Positions 9,748 to 16,995 of a stretch of 64,000 bases of DNA are shown piece by piece. Below the pieces are notes generated by a model that was not told where the DNA came from, made no database searches, and saw only the letters and a program-made list of their open reading frames with translations. Source of the DNA: Thermoanaerobaculia bacterium (lineage in GTDB: Bacteria; Acidobacteriota; Thermoanaerobaculia; UBA5066; Gp7-AA6); NCBI GenBank assembly GCA_035263845.1, contig DATFQY010000198.1:356-64355 (forward strand), read 5' to 3'. The translations under genes and the position numbers were made by a program. Numbering within the stretch: position 1 is the stretch's first letter; the number at the start of each line of letters is the position of its first letter.

Positions 9748-10640
9748 AGCTCGGATTCGTGGGCCTGGGACGCATGGGCGCCAACATGGTGCAGCGCCTG
9801 CTCGAGGGAAGGCACCAGATCGTCGCGTACGCGCGGAGTGAGGACTCGATCCAACAGGCGGAGGCCCGCGGGGCGATCGGGGCCCGGTCGCTTCCGGAGC
9901 TCGTCGGCAAGCTCGCGCCGCCCCGAGTCGTCTGGCTGATGATCCCGTCGGGCAAGCCCGTCGAGGATTCGATTGCCGAGCTCTCCGGCCTGCTGGCCTC
10001 CGGCGACATCGTGGTGGACGGCGGAAACTCCCGGTTCTCCGACTCCGCCCGGCGGGCGGCGGACCTGGCGAAGAAGGGGATCGGCTTCGTGGACTCCGGG
10101 ACCTCCGGAGGCATCTGGGGGCTGAAAAACGGGTACTGCATCATGGCCGGCGGCTCCGAGGCCCATTTTCGGGCCGTGGAGCCGGCCTTGAAGACACTCG
10201 CCCCGCCCGACGGCTACCTCCACACGGGGCCCCCGGGCTCCGGCCATTACGTCAAGATGGTCCACAACGCGATCGAGTACTCGATGCTGCAGGGCTACGG
10301 CGAGGGCTTCGAGATGCTGAAGGCGGCCGATTACGAGCTCGACCTGCAGCGGATCGCCAAGCTCTGGACGCACGCCTCGGTGGTCCGCTCCTGGCTCCTC
10401 GACCTGCTCGTGCTGGCGTTCGAAGCCGACCCGAAGCTCGCCAACATCCGCGGGTACGTCGAAGACTCGGGCGAGGGGCGATGGACGCTGCACGAGGCGA
10501 TCGAGCGGGCCGTCCCGGTCCCGACGCTCGCCGACGCGCTCTTCGCGCGGTTTCTCTCGCGGCAGGACGAGTCCTTCTCCGCGAAGGTCATCGCCGCCCT
10601 GCGCAACCAGTTCGGCGGCCACGCGGTCAAGCCGGAATGA
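9744..10640 (+). CDS. gnd: 6-phosphogluconate dehydrogenase, decarboxylating (short ~300 aa form)
   Basis: MKLGFVGLGRMGANM Rossmann N-terminus, plus GGNSRF and GSGHYVKMVHNAIEY. ATGA overlap with pgi. Confidence 0.9.
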   Translation: MKLGFVGLGRMGANMVQRLLEGRHQIVAYARSEDSIQQAEARGAIGARSLPELVGKLAPPRVVWLMIPSGKPVEDSIAELSGLLASGDIVVDGGNSRFSDSARRAADLAKKGIGFVDSGTSGGIWGLKNGYCIMAGGSEAHFRAVEPALKTLAPPDGYLHTGPPGSGHYVKMVHNAIEYSMLQGYGEGFEMLKAADYELDLQRIAKLWTHASVVRSWLLDLLVLAFEADPKLANIRGYVEDSGEGRWTLHEAIERAVPVPTLADALFARFLSRQDESFSAKVIAALRNQFGGHAVKPE

Positions 10641-12187
10641 GAGAGACCTCGGTCGAGCTCGAGCCCCGGGCCACGGCGCCGGCGGTCGAGGCGGCGGGGG
10701 AGTCCGAAGAGGAGAAGATCCGCCCGCCCTGCACGATCGTCATTTTCGGCGCCTCCGGCGACCTGACTCGGCGGCTGCTCGCCCCGGCGATCGCCCACCT
10801 CTCCCGCGACGGGGCGATCTCCCCGGACTTCGCGATCGTCGGGCTGGCCCGCTCTCCCTACAGCGACGGGGACTTCCGCGCCTACCTCGAGAAGGGCGCC
10901 GAGGAGTTCACGCCGCCGACGCAGGGGCGGCCAGGCGACCTGCCGGCGACGGTGCGGTACATCCCCGGGGACTTCGAGGACGGCGCGCTCTACGAGAAGC
11001 TCAAGGCCGCGCTCGGCGAGATCGAGGGGAAGCGCCGCGGCAACCGCAACCGCATCTTCTACCTCGCCACGCCGCCCGAAGCGGACCCGACGATCGTGAA
11101 GTTCCTGGGCGAGTCGGGGCTCGCCCGGCCGGACCACGGCTGGGCCCGCGTCGTCGTCGAGAAGCCGTTCGGCCACGACCTCGAATCCGGCCGGCAGTTG
11201 AACGCCGAGCTTTCCACGGTCTTCAAGGAGCAGCAGATCTACCGGATCGACCACTACCTGGGGAAAGAAACCGTCCAGAACATCTTCGTGCTGCGTTTCG
11301 CCAACGGCATCTTCGAGCCGCTCTGGAACAACCGCTACGTGGACCACGTCCAGATCGCGGTCGCCGAGTCCGTCGGAGTCGAGCATCGCGCAGGCTACTA
11401 CGAGAACGCCGGCATCATCCGGGATATGTTCCAGAACCACCTGCTGCAGCTCCTCTGCCTGACCGCGATGGAGCCGCCGGTGGCCTTCGAGGCCGACGCG
11501 GTGCGGGCCGAGAAGGTCAAGGTCCTCCAGTCCATCCGCCCCATCCGCGAGGAGTCCATCGACGAGTGGGCCGTGCGCGGGCAGTATGGTCCCGGCGTCG
11601 TCGGAGGACGGAGTGTGCCCGGCTACCGCTCCGAAGAGAAGGTGGATCCCCGCTCGAACCGGGAGACCTACGCCGCGGTGAGGTTCTCCATCGACAACTG
11701 GCGGTGGGCGGGAGTGCCGTTCTACGTTCGCTCCGGCAAGCGGCTGGCGGACCGCGTCTCGGAGATCGCGATCGAGTTCAAGCGGGTCCCGCATCCGCTC
11801 TTCTCGCGCGGCGCGGGCATGCTCAATCCCAACGTCCTGAGGCTTCGCATCCAGCCCGGCGAAGGGGTCTCGCTGAAGTTCGACGCGAAGATCCCGGGCA
11901 CCCGCCTGCAGGTCCAGTCCGTGTACATGGATTTCCCGTACTCGAAGCTCGGCGCGCCGATCCAGGGAGGCTATGAACGCCTGCTCCTCGACATCACGCA
12001 CGGCGACCAGACGCTCTTCACCCGGGGGGACGAGGTCGAGCACGCCTGGCGCGTCGTCATGCCGATCATCCAGGCGTGGGAGAAGAAGCCGCCGCCGGAC
12101 TTCCCCAACTACGCCTCGGGGACGTGGGGGCCCGACGCCGCGGACCAGTTCCTCGCCCGCGAAGGACGACGTTGGCGGACGCTCTAG
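10637..12187 (+). CDS. zwf: glucose-6-phosphate 1-dehydrogenase
   Basis: IVIFGASGDLTRR, EKPFGHDL, RIDHYLGKE and NWRWAGVPFYVRSGKRL motifs. ATG 10637 overlaps the gnd stop (ATGA), and the listed ORF start 10481 lies inside gnd. Confidence 0.95.
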   Translation: MRETSVELEPRATAPAVEAAGESEEEKIRPPCTIVIFGASGDLTRRLLAPAIAHLSRDGAISPDFAIVGLARSPYSDGDFRAYLEKGAEEFTPPTQGRPGDLPATVRYIPGDFEDGALYEKLKAALGEIEGKRRGNRNRIFYLATPPEADPTIVKFLGESGLARPDHGWARVVVEKPFGHDLESGRQLNAELSTVFKEQQIYRIDHYLGKETVQNIFVLRFANGIFEPLWNNRYVDHVQIAVAESVGVEHRAGYYENAGIIRDMFQNHLLQLLCLTAMEPPVAFEADAVRAEKVKVLQSIRPIREESIDEWAVRGQYGPGVVGGRSVPGYRSEEKVDPRSNRETYAAVRFSIDNWRWAGVPFYVRSGKRLADRVSEIAIEFKRVPHPLFSRGAGMLNPNVLRLRIQPGEGVSLKFDAKIPGTRLQVQSVYMDFPYSKLGAPIQGGYERLLLDITHGDQTLFTRGDEVEHAWRVVMPIIQAWEKKPPPDFPNYASGTWGPDAADQFLAREGRRWRTL

Positions 12188-12933
12188 GACCGAGGCCCGC
12201 CGCTCCGACCTCCTTCGAGATCGCCGTTGTCCCCGACGCCGAGTCGCTCGCCGTGGCCGCGGCGGACGAGTTCGCCAGGAGCGCGGCCGAAGCCATCGGC
12301 AAGCGCGGGCTCTTTCACGTGGCACTCTCCGGCGGCTCGACGCCGCGCGCGCTCTACCGGCGACTGACAAAGGCTCCGCATCGGGGCGCCGTCGCGTGGG
12401 AGTCGGTCCGCTTCTTCTTCGGGGACGAGCGGTGCGTGCCGCCGGACAGCGAGCGGTCCAATTTTCGGATGGCCCGCGAGGAGCTCTTCGATCCGCTCCG
12501 GATCCCGCCTCGGCGGATCTTCCGGATGAGAGGGGAGGACGCGCCCCGCCGGGCCGCGGGGGCCTACGAGAGGTCCCTGCGCGCGCACGTGCCCGGCCGG
12601 CCGCCCAGGTTGGACCTGGTCCTCCTGGGCCTGGGCGGGGACGGCCACACCGCTTCGCTCTTCCCGGGCACGCCGGCTCTGGCGGAAAGCAAACGCCTCG
12701 TCGTCGAGAACTTCATGCCCGGATCGAAGGAGCCGAGGATCACCCTGACGTTGCGCGCGATCAACGCCGCCCGACGGGTGATCTTCCTGGTCTCCGGCGA
12801 CGGGAAGGCGGCAGTCGTCGCCGGGGTGCTCCAGAAACGCGGACGGCGAAAAGATCTTCCCGCGGCCGGGGTCAACCCGAGCCGCGGGACGCTTCTCTGG
12901 CTGCTCGACGAGGCGGCCGGCTCGAAGCTCTGA
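12172..12933 (+). CDS. pgl: 6-phosphogluconolactonase (start uncertain)
   Basis: ALSGGSTP, FFGDERCVP and LLGLGGDGHTASLFP motifs. TTG 12172 follows a GAAGGA Shine-Dalgarno-like site. Alternative in-frame starts at 12076/12124 lie deep inside zwf. Confidence 0.85.
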   Translation: MADALGPRPAAPTSFEIAVVPDAESLAVAAADEFARSAAEAIGKRGLFHVALSGGSTPRALYRRLTKAPHRGAVAWESVRFFFGDERCVPPDSERSNFRMAREELFDPLRIPPRRIFRMRGEDAPRRAAGAYERSLRAHVPGRPPRLDLVLLGLGGDGHTASLFPGTPALAESKRLVVENFMPGSKEPRITLTLRAINAARRVIFLVSGDGKAAVVAGVLQKRGRRKDLPAAGVNPSRGTLLWLLDEAAGSKL

Positions 12934-12962
12934 CCGTCCCTTTCCCGCCAAAGGAGGAACCC

Positions 12963-13363
12963 ATGTCGTCCATCCCTTCCCGTCGATTCCTGCGGCAGCT
13001 CTCGCCGCGGCTCTCCTGTCCGGAGCCGGCAGCTCGCTTCTTGGACAGTGCGGGCCGTTCACGGATTTGACCGACCCCGGCTTCTGCCCCTTCGTCCTGG
13101 AGATCTTCTATCTGGGCATCACGACCGGGACGACGCCCACGACCTACGATCCCTCCTCCACCGTCACGCGCCTCCAGATGGCGGCCTTCCTGTCGCGGAC
13201 CGTGAGCAACGGATCGGATTTCGTCTCGATCTGGAAGGCCGCGGACCTGACGCCGATCGGGTCGGTCTCGACCGGGACGAGCACCGGCCCCTTGAACGCG
13301 TGCAGCGACGGCGTCTACTTCTGGATCGCGCTGGCCGACGTCAACAAGTTGGCGCGATTCTGA
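12963..13363 (+). pseudogene. decayed paralog of the SLH-like/beta-propeller family (frameshifted signal peptide; propeller blades 1-6 deleted)
   Basis: A strong SD (AAAGGAGGAA) and ATG 12963 lie in frame 3. The signal-peptide/CGPFTD/SLH-like sequence continues in frame 2 with no start of its own before TTG 13067. The SLH-like module is joined directly to the last blade (SIWKAADLTP...CSDGVYFWI...KLARF). Confidence 0.6.
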
Positions 13364-13381
13364 CGATCGCTAGAACCGCGC
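13352..13381. terminator. hairpin formed by convergent homologous 3' ends (possible bidirectional terminator)
   Basis: GCGCGATTCT (13352-13361) pairs with AGAACCGCGC (13372-13381), with one mismatch and a 10-nt loop. It spans both stop codons. No U-tract. Confidence 0.3.
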
Positions 13382-14548
13382 GAGCTGGTTCGACGTGTTG
13401 TAGGTCACCCAGAACTGGAGGCCGTCGCTGCAGGCGCCCAACGGCCCGACCGGCCCCGTTGCGACGGAACCGAGCGGGGTCAAGTCTGCCGCTTTCCAGA
13501 AAGAGATCGAGCCTCCCGAGCCGGCGATGAGGATCCGCTCACCATCGAACGCCGCCGCGGTCGGACCCGCGATCCCGTTGCCGGTAAGAGTCTGGAGAAT
13601 CACGCCGGTCGAGGCCCGAACGACGCTCACCGAGTCGCTGAAGGCATTCGGGACCCAGATGTTGGTGCCGTCGAAGGTTGGATGGTATGGATTTGAGCCT
13701 ACAGTGACAGTCTGAAGGATGCCTCCCGCCGGGTCGAGCTTGAAGAGCTTGCCGGCCGCATTTGCCGTGACCCACACGTTTGTTCCGTCAAAAACCGCGC
13801 CGATCAGTTGCGTGCCGGTCCCGACGGTCGTCACCGTCCACGGGATCGGACCGGGTGTGATGATGGAGACGGAGCCGTTGGAATTGGCGGAATTGGCGGT
13901 CCAGACGCGGCCACCGTCGAACGTGATGCCCTGAGGACCCGTCCCCACGGCGTTCGCGGCGACCGTAACCGCCCCGGCCGGCTGCGACGGATCGATCGAA
14001 TAGACGGCGAAGGGACCTCCGACCCCGACCGCCCCGGTGACGAGGACGCGGCCCATCGCGACCATCACGCCATAAGCGAAGTTGGCGCCGGTCCAGGTTT
14101 CGAGGAGCTTGCCGTCCGATCCGCGCACCCGCGAGACCGAGTTAGCGACCTGGTTCGCGGTCCAGACGTCCGCTCCGTCGGAGCTGCAGAGAAACGGAAG
14201 CGCTCCGATGGTGGTCAGTCCGAGGGCTCCGGAGTTCTGAGGGCGCCAGAAGCGATCGAGAGCGGCTCGGCGGCTGCCGCGCCGCAGAACGCCGTCCACG
14301 GTCCGCGAGAGGAAGGTGGCCATCTGGAGCCTCGAGACGAAGCTCGCGGGGTCGTAGGTCGTTGGCGTCGTACCGGTGGTGATCCCGAGGTAGAAGATCT
14401 CCAGGACGAACGGACAGAAACCGGCATCGGTGAAATCCGTGAAGGGTCCGCATGCTCCGAGGAGCGCGCTCGAGGCTCCAAGAAAAATAGACAAAGGCAC
14501 GGCAACGAAAAGGGCGGCAAGGCGGGAGCCCGGGCGGGAAATCGGCAT
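13370..14548 (-). CDS. secreted SLH-like domain + 7-bladed beta-propeller repeat protein (paralog 1)
   Basis: 392 aa. Signal peptide, then CGPFTD...FCPFVLEIFYLGITTGTT.TTYDP...SRLQMATFLSRTVD (SLH-like), then ~42-aa repeats with FDG..(I/V)WV. Confidence 0.8.
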   Translation of the reverse strand: MPISRPGSRLAALFVAVPLSIFLGASSALLGACGPFTDFTDAGFCPFVLEIFYLGITTGTTPTTYDPASFVSRLQMATFLSRTVDGVLRRGSRRAALDRFWRPQNSGALGLTTIGALPFLCSSDGADVWTANQVANSVSRVRGSDGKLLETWTGANFAYGVMVAMGRVLVTGAVGVGGPFAVYSIDPSQPAGAVTVAANAVGTGPQGITFDGGRVWTANSANSNGSVSIITPGPIPWTVTTVGTGTQLIGAVFDGTNVWVTANAAGKLFKLDPAGGILQTVTVGSNPYHPTFDGTNIWVPNAFSDSVSVVRASTGVILQTLTGNGIAGPTAAAFDGERILIAGSGGSISFWKAADLTPLGSVATGPVGPLGACSDGLQFWVTYNTSNQLARF

Positions 14549-14653
14549 GGTCTCCTCCCTTTGACCAGAATCATGACACGGCTCGCCCCGAAGCGAAGCA
14601 ACCGTGGACGGTCCGGGTCCGGGAGCCTTACGCCGGAGGCTCGAGGCCTTCCC

Positions 14654-16729
14654 CTACGTGGCGGCGGCTTTCTCGGCCCTGGACTGGGCGATGATCTTTT
14701 CCTGGTTGGAGTGGGGCACTTCCGAGTAGTGGGAGAACTCCAGCTGGAAGGAGCCTCTCCCCTGGGTGATCGAGCGAAGCTGCGCGCCGTAGGTCAGCAT
14801 CTCGGACATCGGCACCTGCGCCTTGATGATCGTCTCGTCGGTCCCGGTCTCCATGCCCTGAACCTTGCCCCGCCGGGAGGAGAGATCGCCCATCAGGTCG
14901 CCGACGTACTCGTTGGGGGCGGAGACCTCGACGTTCATGATCGGCTCGAGAAGCGTCGGCCTGGCCTTCTCCATCGCCTCCTTGTAGGCGAGGGCCCCGG
15001 CCAGCTTGAAGGCGAGCTCCGAGGAGTCCACGTCATGGTACTGGCCGTCGTAGAGGATCACGCGGAAGTCCACCATCGGGTAGCCGGCCAGGAAGCCCTT
15101 GCGGCGGACCTCCTGGATCCCCTTTTCGACGGCCGGGATGAAGTTTCTCGGGATCGCGCCCCCGTAAATGTCGTCCACGAACTCGAAGTCCGCGCCGCGG
15201 GGGAGCGGCTCGACCTTGATCTTGCAGTCGGCGAACTGCCCGTGGCCGCCCGTCTGCTTCTTGTGCCGGCCGTGGGCCTCGGCCTTGCGGGTGATCGTCT
15301 CGCGGTAGGGGACCTTGGGCGGATGGAGGATGACCTCGACGCCGTAGCGCTTCTTCAGCCTCGCCACCGCGATCTCGACGTGGAGCTGCGAGGCGCCGGC
15401 CAGGTGGAACTCCTTGGTCTCCTCGTCGCGCTGGAAGTGGAGCGAGGGGTCCTCCTCGATCAGCTTGTGGAGCGCGGTGGAGATCTTGTCCTCGTCGCCC
15501 TTGGCCTTCGGCTCGATCGCATAGGCGATGGCCGCCTCCGGGACGACGAGGCGCGGCAGGACCACGGGATGGTCCTTGGTCGTGATCGTGTCGCCCGTGA
15601 CGGTCTCCTTCAGCTTGGCCACGGCGACGATGTCCCCCGCGCGGACCTCGGGCACGTTGACGTGCTCCTTGCCCTGCGGGAGAAAGAGCCCCGAGAAACG
15701 CTCCGGGATGCCGCGGGAAGCGTTCCAGTAGTTGCCGTCGGACTGGAAGTGCCCGGAGCGCACACGCATGTAGGTGATTCGCCCGGCGAACGGGTCCGAG
15801 ACCGTCTTGAAGACCTGGGCGACCGCGTGGTCCTTCTCGTTGGTGAAGATCTTGGCGGGCTTGCCGTCCTTGCCGGTCCCCTCGACCGTCGAGCCCTCGG
15901 GGGAGGGAAGCAGCGAGACGCACGCGTCGAGGATCCTCTGGGCGCCGACCTCGAGGTTGGAAGAGGCGCAGAGGACCGGGAAGATCTTCCGCGCCGCGAT
16001 CTCCTTCTTGAGGCCGGGAACGATCTCCGCGGCGTCCAGCGTCCCCTGGGCGAAGAACTTCTCCATCAGCTCGTCCTCGCCCTCGGCGACCATCTCGACC
16101 AGCTTCTCGTGCTCGGCCCTGGCCCGGTCGGCCAGCTCCGGCGGAATCGGCCCGTCGGACCGCTTGCCCCCCTCGGTGATGTGGGCTTCCATCCGGACGA
16201 GGTCCACGGTGCCGCGGAAGCCCTTCTCCTCGCCCAGGGGGATCTGGAGGGCCACGACCTCGCGACCGAACTTCTTCTGGAGGGACTCCAGGGCCCTCTC
16301 GAAGGAGGCCCGTTCCCGGTCCATCCGGTTGACGACGATGAGGACCGGCCTCTCGAACTCTTTGGCAAACTTCCACATCTTCTCGGTCTGCACCTCGACG
16401 CCGGAGACCGCGTCGCAGACGAGGATCACCGAGTCGGCGGCGGCGATGGCGGCCCGGGCCTCCGGGGCGAAAATGCCGTACCCCGGCGCGTCCAGGAAAT
16501 TGATCTTGACGTCCCGATAGAGGGCGTGGGCACAGGATAGGTTGATCGAGATCTTTCGCTCGATTTCCTCGGTGTCGAAGTCCGTCGGACAGGTTCCGTC
16601 CTCGATCCGCCCCTGCCGGGTCGTGGCCCCGGCGACGTGGAGCAGAGAGGCGACCAGGGTCGTTTTTCCGACGGTGTTGTGGCCCACCACGGCCACGTTG
16701 CGAAGCTCCGGTGCGGAGAAGATTTTCAT
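14654..16729 (-). CDS. elongation factor G paralog (EF-G2-like translational GTPase)
   Basis: MKIFSAPELRNVAVVGHNTVGKTTL (G1), DAPGYGIF (G3) and full EF-G domain II-V length (691 aa). The listed ORF start 16828 has a 33-aa non-homologous extension. Confidence 0.88.
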   Translation of the reverse strand: MKIFSAPELRNVAVVGHNTVGKTTLVASLLHVAGATTRQGRIEDGTCPTDFDTEEIERKISINLSCAHALYRDVKINFLDAPGYGIFAPEARAAIAAADSVILVCDAVSGVEVQTEKMWKFAKEFERPVLIVVNRMDRERASFERALESLQKKFGREVVALQIPLGEEKGFRGTVDLVRMEAHITEGGKRSDGPIPPELADRARAEHEKLVEMVAEGEDELMEKFFAQGTLDAAEIVPGLKKEIAARKIFPVLCASSNLEVGAQRILDACVSLLPSPEGSTVEGTGKDGKPAKIFTNEKDHAVAQVFKTVSDPFAGRITYMRVRSGHFQSDGNYWNASRGIPERFSGLFLPQGKEHVNVPEVRAGDIVAVAKLKETVTGDTITTKDHPVVLPRLVVPEAAIAYAIEPKAKGDEDKISTALHKLIEEDPSLHFQRDEETKEFHLAGASQLHVEIAVARLKKRYGVEVILHPPKVPYRETITRKAEAHGRHKKQTGGHGQFADCKIKVEPLPRGADFEFVDDIYGGAIPRNFIPAVEKGIQEVRRKGFLAGYPMVDFRVILYDGQYHDVDSSELAFKLAGALAYKEAMEKARPTLLEPIMNVEVSAPNEYVGDLMGDLSSRRGKVQGMETGTDETIIKAQVPMSEMLTYGAQLRSITQGRGSFQLEFSHYSEVPHSNQEKIIAQSRAEKAAAT

Positions 16730-16738
16730 GGTTGGCGG

Positions 16739-16744
16739 ATTATA
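16739..16744 (-). promoter_or_regulatory. TATAAT -10-like box 9 nt upstream of the EF-G paralog ATG (near-leaderless arrangement)
   Basis: The minus strand reads CAATATAATCCGCCAACCATG. There is no Shine-Dalgarno, and TATAAT is a rare hexamer in this GC-rich DNA. Confidence 0.35.
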
Positions 16745-16995
16745 TTGAAGCGTGACCGCCCTTTCCTGCTTCGGGATCGGAGTCGCGTTTGTGATCGCGG
16801 TGGGGCTGCTGGTCTTCGCGGGGATCACGATCGGCTGGCTGATTCCTCCCCGGATCCGCTGGCGCCGGCCCCGTTCGAGGGGCCCGGATTCATTGACCCC
16901 CCCGACGAGCAGAGACTAGAATCGACGCCTCTGATGCACAGGGCGACTCTCGATCTGCGGCGCATCTGGGCTCTGGCGCCGGTTCCTTTGACCTG

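Noticed and set aside
12963-14548. Idea that the convergent short/long paralog pair forms an invertible (phase-variable) cassette
   Set aside because: The inverted homologous arms are only roughly 70-80% identical by eye. The longest identical run I found is ~20 nt (TTCGTCCTGGAGATCTTCTA). No recombinase gene or defined inverted-repeat borders are nearby. Simple duplication followed by decay is the more parsimonious explanation.
14575-14600. CCGAAGCGAAGCAACC near the start of paralog 1 as a further repeat-family unit
   Set aside because: Only the CGAAGCGAAG core matches. The TGTCATCCTGAG half is absent, which is too little to call.
13808-16540. 910-aa plus-strand ORF (similarly 37169..39895, 908 aa; 7858..9681, 607 aa; 10331..12370, 679 aa)
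   Set aside because: Each is antisense to a confidently identified gene (EF-G paralog, Omp85-type protein, pgi, zwf) and has shadow-ORF composition.
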